The notes below the pieces were generated by a model, which ran no database searches, was not told the origin of the DNA, and saw nothing but the letters and a program-made list of their open reading frames with translations. A DNA stretch of 63,946 nucleotides from Ruditapes philippinarum (Eukaryota), in NCBI RefSeq assembly GCF_026571515.1, contig NW_026858094.1, positions 496,001-559,946 of the forward strand. Reading direction: 5' to 3'. Shown one piece after another: positions 1 through 19,099 of this stretch. Each line of letters starts with the position of its first letter. Within the stretch, counting starts at the first letter, position 1. The translations under genes were made by a program, and so were the position numbers.

Positions 1-153
1 TGGCCCAGAACCATTTTAACAAAGTTAGTAGAGGGTTAAAACGGGTATCTCCTGGGCAAGTTTTATTAAAAATGGCCAGATAGTATGGAAATAAAGACCA
101 AAAAAATGTTCACATTTCAATTGACTTTAATTTTTCAAAATCCTGTTCAAATA

Positions 154-3100
154 TTAAGTTTTTAGTTTAAACACTAAGCTGGTAACAGTACTTCCTGTTT
201 GTCCACCAAACTGGAAGGTTCGAAAAGGTATCTGTTTCACAAGTTGGAAATCTGAAATAGAAATTATGCGTAATAAATCATTCAGATTTGCATGGCCATA
301 ATTTTTTGATTCTTATTACTGTGCAATTATCTTCTCTCCCAAACCTTGAACTATACCCCTCAAAATACTTCACTGCTCAATCGCATGTGTTAAGTATACA
401 AAAAGCTTTAAAAAAAATCTGTACTTTTAACAACAGGTAAATACTTTTTTCCTCACTAACTTATAGCAATACATGTTGTAACTATAAAACAATAATTTCT
501 TCAAAGTGATATTATATTGTTAACTGTATAAATGATGAAATTTGCCAAATAGACCCCCATTTCATTTTCTGTTACTAGGCTAAAAATCTATAAAAAAAAA
601 TAGTTTGTACATCACAAGAAATATTTCTTTAAATATTTATAATGTATCCATCAGAATGTGTCAGTAGCAGATACAAATGTAAAAGACAACAATTTGAAAT
701 CTGATGCTAATCGCTTCAGTTACAAAAATGATAATAGTAGACGTGTATAATGTTTTTTCAAAGTAAAATTCTAAGTTCAAAGAGTTCAACTGTCTTAAAT
801 CTAATATTGATACCATTTAAAGAAAGTTAAAAACCAACTGGGAGACACCAATTAAAAGATGTTTCATGATAAATATCTAAGCTCTAGCTCTTTGGGGTTT
901 TAAAAAGAAGATTTTTTAAGTTTTTACTATAGACATATAAAGAAAATCAGACCCCGAGGTGGGGCCAATTTAACCCTGGGGCTTTTATTTGAACAAATTT
1001 GGTAGACACTCACTAGAAGATGATTCATGCTTAATATCTTAGCTCTAGCTCTATGGGCTATTTAAAAGAAGATTTTTAAGTTTTTACTATAGATATATAA
1101 AGAAAATCGGTACCCCCGGGGCGGGATCAATTTTAATCCCAGGGCTTTTATTTGAACAAACTTGGTAGACACTCACCAGAAGATGTTTCATGCTTAATAT
1201 CTAAGCTCCAACTCTTTGGGTTTTTTTAAAAGAAGATTTTTTAAGTTTTTACTGTATACATATAAGGAAAATCAATGACCCCCGGGTCAGGGCTAAATTT
1301 GACCACAGGGCTTTTATTTTAACATACTTGATAGACACTCTCTAGAAGATGTTTCATGCCAAATATTTAAGCCCTAACTCTTTCAGTTTCTTAAAAGATT
1401 TTTTAAGTTTTTACTATACTATACATATAAGGAAAATCAATGACCCCCGGGGTGGGGCCAATTTTGACCCCAGGGCTTTTATTTGAACAAAATTGAAAGA
1501 CACTCACAAGAAGATGTTTCATGCCAAATATCTACCTCTTTGGGTCGTTTAAAAGAAGATATTTTAAGTTTTTACTTTATACATATAAGGAAAAGCAATG
1601 ACCCCCCTGGGGCGGGGCCAAATTTGACCCCAGGGCTTTTATTTGAACAAAATTGATAGACACTCACAAGAAGATGTTTCATGCCAAATATCTACCTCTT
1701 TGGGTTTTTTAAAAGAAGATATTTTAAGTTTTTTTCTTTTGGTTGCCATGGCAATCAGAGTTCTGCATGGAATTAAATTCTTTGAACAATTTTTAAGGGT
1801 GACCACCAAAGGACCATTCCTGTGAAGTTTGGATAAAATTGGCTTAGCGGTTTTTGAGGAGATGTCGTTTAAAGTAAAAGTTTACGGACGCCGGAAAAAG
1901 CTCACCATGTCAATTTGTGACAGGTGAGCTTAAAACATGCTGCACATCAAAGATGCCGCCAAATGATGTGAACAGTCAATCAGCATTGAAAATCGTTCTC
2001 TATTACAGTTGAATATTCGAAGCGCAAATCAGTTTTTTTTCTCCATGTTCTTGGTATGTGCTCGTTGTTTAATAATTAAGTTGCATATTTTTGTGAAAAA
2101 GTAGAACCTAATGCATAAATTCACAAAGTAATGCCATGTCTGAAATTCTGAAATGTTTGTCTGTTGCAACAAAGATTGAAACGGTCGAAGCAAAATAAAT
2201 TGGATAACAAGTAAAATTGAAATGATTGGTATACTAAAAATAAATTCAGGACAATATTTGCCGAGAATATGTCCATTTAAATATTGGTACGAATTGCATA
2301 ATGTTCGAATGATTTTGAGGACGAACTATTTTGCAGTGATCAACTCTTACTGGCCGTAGCGTTAACCTGGCGGTTGAGGAGAGTAACCGCCTCTCTGATA
2401 GTGGGTGTGGTTTAGGCTTTGTATTTTGTAATTTAATGATTCGACAAGTGATATTGATCAAAGTTTTCCTGGTTCCTTCCGCCCTGACAACAAAGACTAA
2501 ATGCTAGCATACGGAGCATCATATTAAATTTGGCGACAATTTAAGGCGGAGCCAAACTTCAACAGAGGCGAAGCAAATGAAGTGAGTGACACTGCCTCAG
2601 TCATTACCTCTCTCAACGGTTAAGTTTTAGAACGATCGACTATAGACTGGCTCATTGGCACGTTATTTATTATGTAGATAAAATTAGATAATGATAAAAA
2701 AAGAATATGAAATTCAAACATGGCACTATCACTTCAGTTAAACGTTTATTCTAATCCCTCTTGAAGCTCTGTGACATGTTGTGCATCAGAAAAGCTTTTT
2801 TTATTAGAAAATTTGAAAACAGTATGATTTTGTTAAAACAAAAAAAAAATACACAAAATCAAGTCTAAAATTTTCCCCATTGCTGTATGGACAAATGCAT
2901 ATATAATGTGTCTAAGAACATTTTTATGGAAAAGGGAGAAAATTCTGGAAATATTGCTTCTATAGTTATAAACTTTGCTCACATGATGTAATTCATGATA
3001 GGGAACATAATTATATTAAAAGTAGATGACTTAAAGATAAATGCACATTACAGTAAAAAAAACATTTTACCCCACCAAAACTTTAATCAGAAATCTGGAT

Positions 3101-6100
3101 GTGGACACCTACGTCAGGATGAGTAAGAAAGCCAAATTTTAAGCCCTTCATATACTCTGCATAGTCAAACTTAAAATGGAATAATAGCATTGAAGATGAT
3201 AAAATCAAACCTGAAATAATACACATTTTGTAAATATGAAATATAAAAGATATTTATTACTAGTACATATAAATACATTATACCTTCTTTGAAGAAATCT
3301 AAGAGTTGATCTTTTGTCCAGTTACAAGATGTTATAGAAAACCAGCTCTCCGGTCTCATGATATCTTTCACTGTTTTCAAGTATTGTTTCCTAGCAACTA
3401 AAGAATCTCCTGGCATTAAGCTTATAGCATCATATGTTCCTTTATCTAGAACAAGTTTATATTGTCTTGTTAAACATGTACATGGGTTTAGCCTCTCCTC
3501 TGTAATTAAATCACCAGCCTGAAATAAAAGTGATGACGCAATTTTAGCCACTATAGTATCTCAAATACATGCTCTGTACGAAAGAAAAAACTAAAATAAA
3601 AATATCTTAAATGAGGTAAAAAAAAATAATAATTGGGTCAATGTCGAGAATTTCATTGAAACATTCATCTCATTAAAGAATGCATTAAGATAAACAATTT
3701 GCTATGAAGTTAAGAAGTAAAAATGTTACCAAGAAAATCATAGCTGTAGTCATGGTTTGTGGTCCTTGAGCTACAATTACTCGGATAGATTCAAATGAAA
3801 ACCTTTATTGGTTTTGGAGATAAAACAGATGCATGCAAAAAAAAAATAATTTTTTGTTAACAAAGGGGAACAATTTAGTAAAATTCAGTGATACAAATGA
3901 TATAGTTATAGGTCTTGGTTAGGGACTTACAATTATGATATATAGTTTTAAATGAATACCTTTAGTGATTGTTAAATCATGCTAAAACCTTATTTTTCTT
4001 TAATAATTACCACAAATTCAATATCCTCAAATCCTTCTGACTTTGCCACAGATTTGGAAAGTGTTATTGCAAGTTCAGAGTAGTCAACTCCAGTCAGGTG
4101 TAGGAACCCCCGCTTTCTCTGAAATATTAATGAATTAATTCTAGTTCAATGCCATCTTAAATATAAGTCAACATTTTAAGAACAAAACTCAACACATTAT
4201 GTTAACAATTTTTTACAAATTTAACTAATTGAAAAATATTTAGTGTTAGATAAATTTTGCAGATTTGAATGTTTCTACAAAATATCATTTTTTCCCCATT
4301 CCCGTAATTCTATCCATTTACTAATATTTTTTGATACATTTAATTTATGTGGGTATTATTAAGTTAATGACCATAAACAAAAATGTTAACTAATGCAAAT
4401 AAGTGGGACATGAGTCACATGACAATAGATCCACTTTTTCTTTGAAAAGAAGCAATAATTTGCTAGTACTTATTTCAAAACAGCTCTCTACTTGAATGTG
4501 TGGTGAAAGAATGGCCATAAGAGTGCATTCACAATGTAAAATATATTAATAAATTTATACAAATCTCTACGATTCTTTGTTTGTAAAACATGTATGCCTC
4601 CTATCGGCAGCCAATTATTCATGTGGCAAGGTTATTGTAACTGACTTTTGACCTAGGCGCCAAAAAATCAATAGGGGTTATCTACTGGTCATGACTAGTC
4701 ACCAGGTCATTTTGACCATAAAGGTTATGTGCAGCATTTTACGAAATAATATATGCATAAATTTTATGAATCATGCAGGCCTCTTAATGACAGCCAATTT
4801 GTTATATTACATTAGACATTGAAATGTGTATACCAAAAGCATTTTTAGTTTAATAAAAAGATATCAACCAAGCCAACTTGAGTTGTTAAACCGTTTTTTC
4901 GTACAAGGTCAATGTGACTTTAACCATTTAATCAAAAGGGGTTACCTACTGGCCAAGACCAATGCACCTGTGAAGTTTTGAAGCTAAAGAGTCCATGAGT
5001 TGTTGAGATATTGATCAGAAACCGTTTTTATTTTTAAGGCCAAGGTGATCTTGACCTCTATTGCCTTGACCCCAAAAATCCATTGAGGTCATATTCTGAC
5101 CAAAAGCAATGCATTTGTGAAGTTGAAGGTCAGGGAATCATGGGTTGTTGAGTTATTGATAGGAAACTGTTTTGACAAAAAATGTCAATGTGACCTTCAC
5201 CTTTGACCACCAAATCAATTGGGGTCATCTACTAGCGAAGACCAATGCAACTACGCAGTTTTTGGGCCAAGGGCCCATGGGTTGTCAAGATGTTGTTAAG
5301 AAAACTGTTTTGACATACTTCATGCCAAGACCAGTTCACCTCAAAGTTGAGGGCCAACAGCCCATGTGTTGTCAAGTTATTGATCGGAAACCGTATTTAG
5401 CTACAAGGTCAATGTGACTTTGACCTTTGACACCAAAATCAAAAGGGGTCATCTACTGGCTGAGACCAATGCACCTATGCAGTTTGAAGGCCAAGGGCCC
5501 ATTTGTTTTTAAGTTATTGATCGGAAACTGTTTTTACCTACAAGGTCAATCTAACCTTTGACCGATTGACTCCCAAAATCAAAAGGTGTCATCTACAGGC
5601 CAAGACCAATGCACCTGTGAAGTTTGAAGGTCAAAGTCTCATGAGTTGTTGAGTTATTAATTGGAAACTATTTTGATATTCAAGGTCAATTTGTCCTTGA
5701 CCTTTGACATAAAGACCCCAAAAACTACAGGAGTCATCTTCTGGTAATGAATAATCCCCATACCAAGTTCCTAGGCCTAAGCGTTCGGAAAACCATTTGG
5801 TTTACGGACCGACAGACAAATGCAAAGCAAAATACCCCCACTTCTTTGAAAAGGGGAGGCATAACTTCTAAAGCTAATGCCATTTACTTCTATCAATTAA
5901 AAATCCATCCTATTGGACTTTTGAGTTTGTCCAGTAAGGAACACAATAAGCTTAATTACCACCATGAAGAGAAGTTGGCACAAACTTAAAGTAAACAAAT
6001 TAGTACAAGTACACTTGATAGGATGTCTTGCAGCATGTGACTAAAGATACTATAACTGACCCTAAACTTAATAATGACAAAAAATAGGTTGGATAATTAA

Positions 6101-8491
6101 GGCAATAGAGACAGTTACAATAACATACAAGTTCTATACACATCATCCCATTCCCTGAACCAAGGTCAATAATGGTATCTTCTTTACATATATCCTCATT
6201 ATCTTCAAACCAATCAACAACTTTTTCCATTGTCTCCTCGCCAAACCTAAAATTAACAAAAGCTCTGATGAAATGTCAATGGTTGCTATGGAAGTCACTG
6301 GTTGCTATGGGAAGCCAATGATTACTGAAGTCACTGGTTCATATATAAAGTCAATGGTATCTAATCACACACCCAACCTATTCTCAAACCTTTCATTCAT
6401 GGGCTGTTTATCTCCAACTAGAAGTGAATATGATGTCATCAACTTATGTGCATGAAAGCTAAGTTTCTGACAGGCATGTCTGCTGCTATCAAATGAAAAC
6501 AGTGCATAAGAAAGGATATTTACATTACATATTTTATTACTTAACGTAAATTTCATACAAATTACTATTACCTTTGTACACCCTTAACTAATTGTGAAAA
6601 TGAATATTGGAAGCAAAATTATCTTAAAGCAGGTACCTGCAATCTGTTGGGTACTTCAATGTCATTTGATATTCATATGACAATCACTTCAATGGCTACA
6701 CTAAACTAAACTTTTCCCCACAATTTGGCCTTGTATTTGAATGAGCACATTGGCATGCTAAATTCAAAATGTTCTTGAAATTGTAATGATGATAACTAAA
6801 ATAGACTACTTTGGCTTTTATTTGCTAGTCGCCCATCATTTGTTTTCAGAAAAATGACAACAAGCTTGATGTGATGTCACGTCATAGTATCACGTCTTTT
6901 TGGTTTTTTCCAGAAAATCTATTTTTAGAGGGAAAAAAAACAAACAGTATATATACTCTGAAAATCTATTTTTACAAGAAAAAACAGTGAATATACTCTG
7001 ATATTGACCTGTTATTTTTTACAAAATGTTACTTCGAAACCAATCAAAGAAACTCATTTCAAAGCCATTTATAGATTATATAATAATATTATATATACCA
7101 AATTTCACCAACATCTCCAATATCTTCAAAGTTTTCTACCTCTTTCTCATACGCAGAATCCCAACTGAAGCATAAAAAATACAAAGTAACATTCAAATTG
7201 CTTAATTATAATTATTAAAAGAGGTTTGTAAATATTTTTTTATAGTACTTCTTCAAAATTATATCATTCAAATAGCTTTTCCCTAAAATTGCATGTTTGC
7301 CAATTTTAACACATTTTTGGTCTTTGTAACTGAGTCCACCTGAGTCCACCTAACTGGCTTTCTTGGGTAACTAACCAGTAATTCCCAATTTCCCCGTAAA
7401 GTGCCCGACTAGTTATCCAACATGATTTCTGAATCAACAGTGACAGGCAAATGACAAGTAAACTCAATGTTTGAGATACACTAGTGCTGCCTGACAGAGA
7501 AATTACGCCTCACTTGAGGATCAAACTAACAACCCCTGAATAACATATCTGATACTGTCATTATGGTGTCAGCCATCCCAAATACAACATAGTATTAAAA
7601 AGAAAGAATATAATTATGTTTTTGTTATTACATTTCCCTGGCTTCTAAAGTTTTCTAGCTGAGAAAGGTATTCTACCAAACATACTCAAATCACACTATG
7701 TGTATAATTAGCAGTGTAGTGAGTGTACCTCATTAGTTTTAGTATTTTGTGTTGTCTACCCCAGAACTTTCTGACATACTGTGTAATCTGTCAATTATTT
7801 GAAGGTACACATGGACAAGAACCTGGGTTCCCGCCAGAATGTACCCTATTTATGGGTACCATGGCCTTGTACAACATAAAGCATTTGTTTTTACATAATA
7901 ATAGCCTGGGTTTCTGTGATATCAAGGTACTAAACATTTATTTATAAAAATCATTCATAAATGAGATTTTTCTTCTGTTTAGTAAGTGATCCTTTTCTAA
8001 AACTGTGTGTCAAAAAATTATCTCAAAAGATCTAATTAAAATGTCATTTCTAAACTATTTACATGCATGTCTGTCATTTAGGCTGATTCAATGGTATTAC
8101 AGAAATCCCTGAAAATGCAAGTATGAATGGTCAAAATCTTCAAATTGAGTTGTGAAAACTCTGAACTGTTAACTTGCTATAATGAACACAAGTCTGCCAA
8201 AGTTGAATAGATCTACTATCAATAGCAAACTGATCCATTATTTAGAATGTAGTATTTCACAAGATCTGTTGATGGTATTCAACTTTGGCAGACTTGATAA
8301 AAGTGATTCTGTTTTTCTTGACATGATTCTTATTGACATTCCGTTAACATTTGTGCACGTGCAAATTATCTGTTGATTAAAATACACGTGTTTTTGTGAT
8401 TGGAATATTATACTATAGATTACTATTCTTTTGTTCCTAGCTCCGATGAATCGAAATCTCTATCAGTGTCAGTTTCCTTTTCAGACGCCAT
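154..8491 (-). CDS. EEF1AKMT2: eEF1A lysine methyltransferase 2 (METTL10/Efm4 family), 6 coding exons, 230 aa
   Basis: Hand-spliced exons 8491-8424, 7164-7099, 6246-6129, 4118-4011, 3518-3284, 251-154. All introns are GT-AG, phases are consistent, total 693 nt. Family motifs: SELGTKEYWDSAYEKEVENF..GDVGEIWFGE, SAM motif IIDLGSGNG, LTGVDYS, LDKGTYDAISL, ITSCNWT, FQFGGQTGSTV. Confidence 0.96.
850..1935. mobile_element. Helentron/HINE-type non-autonomous element with internal ~160-166 bp tandem array (5+ units), inside the last EEF1AKMT2 intron
   Basis: GATG(T/A)TTCATG anchor recurs at 858, 1019, 1182, 1348, 1513, 1673. The element ends with a GGACG motif, the hairpin AGCTCACC..GGTGAGCT (1899-1930) and an A-run. 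Confidence 0.7.
2345..2500 (+). mobile_element. possible degenerate tRNA-derived SINE fragment
   Basis: GC-richer island with A-box-like TGGCCGTAGCGTTAA. No clean B box or TSD. Confidence 0.3.
4600..5865. mobile_element. second HINE-type element with degenerate ~140-bp tandem core, intronic
   Basis: Recurrent GACCAATGCACC..AAGTTTG, CAAGGTCAATGTGAC(C/T)TT and GGGGTCATCTACT blocks. Terminal GACCGACAGACA microsatellite followed by an imperfect hairpin. Confidence 0.6.
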
Positions 8492-8735
8492 TTCAAAAAA
8501 ATTAAGCACTTGATAATAGTTTAAATTAACACTCAAAACATTTAGAAATATTTGTTTACAAATTGTGTGTATTGCGATGGCGCTGGTCTGGTTCAAGTAA
8601 ATCGAGCGTAAATTTAATGATTCATGTTATCAGTTGGAAAACCAGTCACAGTCGTCATTTGATCACATGATCTAGCGCCATTTTGTTCTGAGGGTGGACC
8701 TTTTGGTTGAAACTTTGATCTCTCTTGGAAATATT
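8492..8735. promoter_or_regulatory. putative bidirectional promoter for EEF1AKMT2/Rab7 and non-coding first exon of Rab7
   Basis: Divergent genes with local CpG enrichment. TCACATGA at 8663-8670, YY1-type GCGCCATTTT at 8675-8684, donor GTAAGT at 8736. The Rab7 ATG exon has an acceptor (TTTTGCAG, 11177), so an upstream exon is required. Confidence 0.6.
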
Positions 8736-11203
8736 GTAAGTATAGCGCTAACAGTTTGCGAATCTGTATCTATTTTTGTTTGAAAGAATTGATCCTTACA
8801 TTCTCTATGTTTCCACAATTTTGAAAAATACCATTAATTGATTGTTTTAAAGACATTTTTGTTTTAAAAACGGAAAGGTATAAACGCAAAAACAGTCAGC
8901 TGATGTCATATAAGATTATTTTTTGTCGTTTTTTCCTTTCTTTTTCAAATCTGTGAACTATCTGTGTTTGATATCAGTATGAAATAGGATAAATTGGCGT
9001 GAATGATGTTTTTGTTACACACTGATTTTTTTCAGCTGTCAAAGTAATTAAAATTTCAGTCAGGCTCACATGATGATCGTTATGTTGAGATTGGGTAAAC
9101 AAAGCATGTCCTCCTACACAGGTCTCTACTTAATGTCATATCATAATGACTTACAACACTCTAAACTTCTTAAGTTAATGCAAGGAGGGGATACCATAGT
9201 TGTGTTATAAATTGTATGATTGATCATTTTTTATTACTTTTTACTATTTTGTGATTTATGTATTATGATGTTATGATGTGATTTGTGGCCATGTGATACA
9301 AGTACAGAGGAGATACATTTTGAATCCTGTGTGATGAGATTTTATCCAAGTGTAACTGTAAACAAAATATGCAAAATTAAAGTCACCATGATAGATATCA
9401 ACAATACTTTATGTTTATTTTTTAAGGATATCCTCAAGGTACTTTATACCTAGTCAAAATATATTGACGTGCCAAAGCTTGATTCTGAGATATTTTCGTT
9501 CTGGGGCAGAATCTCGCTTTAACGTCTAAACCAAAAGGAGACCTTTCTGTGGTGAACGTTGATTAGAGGCGAGATATTGCCCAGACACGAAAATAGCACA
9601 ATATCTCGTCGCGGAGTACAATTAGTTGGACTACTTTGTACCGGGAATGTCCAGATATTACAAACAATACTTACATAAAAAAATTCTTTTGTATGAAAGT
9701 GTTTTTCACATTAATTTCATACAAAATATAGCATTTTTGAAGAAAATTCAAAGTTTTATAATAACCCTATTCACATAAATGTGTTTTACATATAAAAACC
9801 AGTAATATTGCGAACAATTGGGACCCATCATGATATTTTGAATGTGTGTGCAAATGCTTATCAAATTATTACCATTTTACTGTGTGATAACTGATAAATA
9901 TTGAATAGAACTTTCGTATCATTAACAGTAATGGACCATTTTCATATGTTTTTAACTTTTTATTGATTGCTTAAAAGTCATTCCTGGTATTAAGTACTTA
10001 AAAACAAAAATGGCTGCCACTCATATGAGGTTATTAACAGAACTATCTTTTTGATGTATAGTTAAAATTTCTTTTGGATGATTGTTATTTTCATCAAATA
10101 ATGGTACCTCCTACAGAAAATAACTATTTTATATAAGATTTTTTTTGTATTATATTATGGTGGGCGTAATAAGGCTTACACTCCCGGTAGATAGTACAAC
10201 CAGGATACTATCAAAAGAAAATTATTTCAACATTTGGAATTTTTCATTGTAACTTGTAAGTATCAAGTTCTTTGACAAGAAGTAAACCTTATTATTATGG
10301 AAGTGTCACAAACTGTACCGAGACTCGAACCTGGGACTCTTGAACTAACAAATCTAGCTTCACTTTTTTAAACAATGACTAAGAACTAGTGAGTACTTTG
10401 ACATGTAAATTGTTTATCACTTTACATTGTAGACAACATGTAACTTTACAATTTTAAGAAATGAGTGTGTTAGGTAGGTAAGGGATCGTATGGCTTATTC
10501 TGATTAACTTTATCTCCTTTATCACTGTTTTCATTTAATAAGCTGTTATTTATTTATTTTTAGGAAGCCTTTAAGTTAATTTTGTTAGCTGATCATAATC
10601 AAGTGTTAGTTACAAAAATGTAGGTTTTTTTTCTTCTTTAGTTACAATATTGTCAAATAAAAAATAGCTCACAGCACTTGCCACTGAGGGCCTCATAGAA
10701 ATATACAGTCCAAGCGAAGCATTGTCGGTAATTAAAGCTCCTTGTCCCGAAAAGCTTCTCCCTAATAATTATTATAAATGGGGAAAATTCACAAAATTTT
10801 TAGAACCTGTAAAAGTCACCAAGGTCCTGTAAAATACCAGATTTCTCAGGACCTAGTGTATTGTAATATCATTTCAAGTTTCACTAGGACTGACTATATT
10901 GACCAATCAGTAAGCCTGCAAAGATTTAATTGACTGAGGTCAATGGTAGAGGTCCGTTCTATGTTTGGGGCTGACTGGGAGGTTACTATAATGCTATAAG
11001 GTCCGAAGTGCTGTGTGCTATTTCATATATTATATCACACTTAATTAGAAGTTCATCGAGTAAGAAATTCATATTTTTTAAGTTACAAAATTTCTAGAAG
11101 CAATATACTGAAAACTGTTAATAGTGCATGTAGATTGTTTAATGACTTGCCTGAAATTTGTCATTGTTCTTTTGCAGATTACAAAGATCTGTGACAAAGA
11201 AGC

Positions 11204-15604
<4,401 letters not shown>

Positions 15605-17681
15605 TAGGAATACCAAGGACTGTGTTATATCTTCTTTTTTTTCAAACCAGTATGCTCTATAAGACTTTATTTTAACAAAAAGTAGTTCAGATGGCACTGG
15701 AAAAATGCCAAATATTTCTTTTAAACATTCACTAAGGATTGAAGTATGAAGCCGTAACTGTTAATTGATAGTGTTGTTGTTGAAATTAAAGTTTGTAGCC
15801 ATCTTAGAATGTACGATATTTGGTTGTTTATAATATTAAGAACTGAATTTGTGCAGAAAATCATTTATTATAAGAATAAAACAGATGTGCTGTCTCGGTA
15901 AAAGGTAAATAGATTTAAGCATTACTTATACATATTTCTTTTAAAGGATTAGACTTATTTACAGACATATAAGAGAGAGCGTTATATTGGAGATATTTTA
16001 TAGCGAAAAACAAGTCGATTTTTTTTTTCTTGACATATTTTGTAATATTCATCTAGAGTCATTGGCAGATTTATCTGTATATTTGTGTGAAGTCCTATAT
16101 GTTTATAGAAATAAAAGTCAAAGATATTTATTGTCCATAATTAACCATTCAAATACTAATATGTGAAATTCATTTTTGTATTCCTTTTTTTTTCCAGAAA
16201 AGTGGTAATGTTGTGTAATTAATTTTTTAACTTTTTTTTTCAAAATTCAAAGAACAGGGTGAGTTTGCTGGAAAAAAGTAATGGATGCTTTATGAAGACC
16301 AATTTGTAGGTCAAGGTCTTAGTTGTCAACAAAAAAGAAAGATTAATTTTTACCCTTTTACTCATTTTATATTGTCCTCAGTAAAGATTGGGGCACTTCA
16401 TATTATGTTTGCATTATGTATAGTGAGAGACAGAGAGAGTATGTGGAAATCAGCATGGTGCAATATGTATATACTTGTAATATCTAAGATTTATTTTTTC
16501 CAGACTATTGCTATTCATACTTGTTTAAGCACCAAACAGCACATTTGAAAAATGTTGTTTTATAATGAAAATGAACTGTATAATTGATAATAGTAAATCT
16601 AGGGCCTTTTACAACACAGGGCAATTTAGTCCTAATTGACATAGCCATTTGTTAAATTGGTAAGCAATTTGTGCTGAACTTAAAATAAATTGATCGTTTA
16701 ATTTGTGAGCATGTATTATGTAATATATTTGTATAGGCTGGCGGCCTGATTATACGATAAACTTTTGAATTTGAGCATATAAATACTGGCATGTAAGAGA
16801 GTTTTACATTCAGTAATTGGCTTGATGAACAGTTTATTCTGTAAATTTTTGAATTTATGAGCATTCTGTAAAGAACTGATGATCAAAGTACAACAATTTT
16901 TACTGCAGTGGACAATTTTATACTGAATCAGTAATAAATTGTATTCAACAGGTTGGTGTTCAATTATTATTTTTTCATGAGTTATTACCGAAAAAAAAAG
17001 GAACAAAGAAACAATTAGTTTAGAGCAAACAGTTTTTTCAACATAAATTATGTACCCTGCTCATGCTCTATGTAAGATGAAATGTATATCTGTGAAGACA
17101 ATACAAAATGACCAAAATCATGCAATACTCGTAGTGTATGACTGTGAATGATAGAATACATGAAAATATTGGTTTTCTTATTTAATAAATATTGTTGTTA
17201 TTGCACGTTTTTTGTATGAATGACATTTTTTTGTGTAGGCTTTTTAATGTATGTAATAAAAATCATGTTTTTCTTTAATATATGATTAGATCATGTTTCT
17301 TTAGAATACAGCTAAATCATGTTTATTGGCTCAGAATGGTACTGATGAATTTTAAGGCTTTGTGGAGTGAAGAAAAAACACACAGGATAATTTACAATTA
17401 AAGTTCAGAAGAAGGCAGAGTCTTAGCTCCAATACTGAAATGTTAAATTGTTGGAATGCTATTATAAATGTAAAGAATCGTATTTTAACATGTCAATACA
17501 TACAAATATTTTCCGTATAGAGTAGAGGCTTGCAATATCATAGTATCGATAATGCTGTAATGCTGAGCATCAAGTTGCTGAAATGTAAGTTGTATCAAAA
17601 CAATTTTTATTCTGTGTATACTTGTTGATAATTTTTGATATTGTAACTTATGAATGGTTATTGAATGAGAAATAACAGATT

Positions 17682-17918
17682 TGAGCCGCATCACGACAAA
17701 ACCAACATAATGGGTTTGCGACCAGCATGGATCCAGACCAGCCTGTGCATTCGCGCAGTCTGATCAGGATCCATGCTGTTCGCTATCAGTTTCTCTACTT
17801 GTAATAGGGTTTGTAAGCGAACAGCATGGATCCTGATCAGACTGCACGGATGCGCAGGCTGGACTGGATCCATGCTGGTTGCAAACACACTTTGTTGGTT
17901 TTGTCATGACGCGGCTCA
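17682..17918. mobile_element. 237-bp palindromic MITE, copy 1 (full length)
   Basis: TGAGCCG..CGGCTCA ends with ~100-bp inverted arms around a short loop. Near-identical copies at 37546, 50899 and 55771. Confidence 0.9.
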
Positions 17919-19099
17919 TTTACACTTTGGTTTAATTTTTTTTTTTCCAAACTAAAAGTTTATTGTTTTAGCTATTTTAGGTTAATATCAGAGTGTATGT
18001 TATTTTGATTTTGAAATGTGACTTGTATAAATTATTTTATTTTCATACACCTATGTTTTGATTTTGATGTTTCTATTTAAGATTTAGGTCTGGATTTTTT
18101 TGGATTGTTTGGTTTTTTTTTTCAGAAATGTTACCCAATACAGATGAACTAATATGTTTTATTAATTGTCTTCTTTAACTTGAGTCAATTATTTTTTGTT
18201 GCTTTAAAAAAATTTGTCTTTTGTTTGGTTGGTTGTTAAGAACTTTTAATGAAAAACAGACCCCTTGAAAACATTAAAATTGTTTTTTGTGTTAAAATTA
18301 TCAAAAAACCAAATAAAGGCAAAAAGAAAGATCAAAAGTGTTGATAAATAAAAGTTTTACATGGATTATAAAAGATAATATGCTTGTTTTGAAAATTTTA
18401 CCCCGTTATTTAATGTGCTGTGAAAAATTTGTACTTTATATCAGACACCCCTTTTCACTTTCTAGAACACACAGATTTGCTCATTAAAACATGCTTCAGT
18501 AAAGTAATAGACTAACAAACCTTCATCATGCTGTGATTGTTTTCTGTTCTTGTAGATTTCTTCACATTTTTATGTTCCAACAATGTACCAGTGACACTTA
18601 ATATAAAGATATTTTAAAAGTATGAAAATGTTTAGAAGAAAGCCTGTGACAAGCTGAAAATTTGATTTATGTACATTTTTTTGTTGAAAATGTTCATCAT
18701 AATTTGATATACATGTAAAAAATGTAAAATAAAGATTATAACTTACTTTCTGGTGTACTAGTTCCCTTATTTGATTATCAACAATTTTGATAGTTAATTA
18801 ATAAAAAAGAAATACACACAGATTCGGAACAAGAGCTGTTACTGTAAAATGACATTCTCTCCGAAATGCAATGTTCGTTTTCATCCATATTGGCGTTACA
18901 CGCTCCAGCAAGAGGCAAATAGGTAAAGCAGCAAGTATAGAAGGAAAACAGTACGGTAAATGATTCCCTCCACGAGATTTCTCTGTTTATAAATGTTGAA
19001 GACGTTGCCACATAGATGAGGATAAATGCTACAAACAAACAATATGTAAGAATCTTCAAAAATTACAAAATCGTAAGCACAAATGAAACGTGTATGATG

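Noticed and set aside
10310-10345. Reverse B-box-like GACTCGAACC suggesting a tRNA gene
   Set aside because: No cloverleaf can be formed. At most a SINE relic.
17691-17955. ORFs on both strands of the hairpin MITE
   Set aside because: Palindromic non-coding element with no domain similarity.
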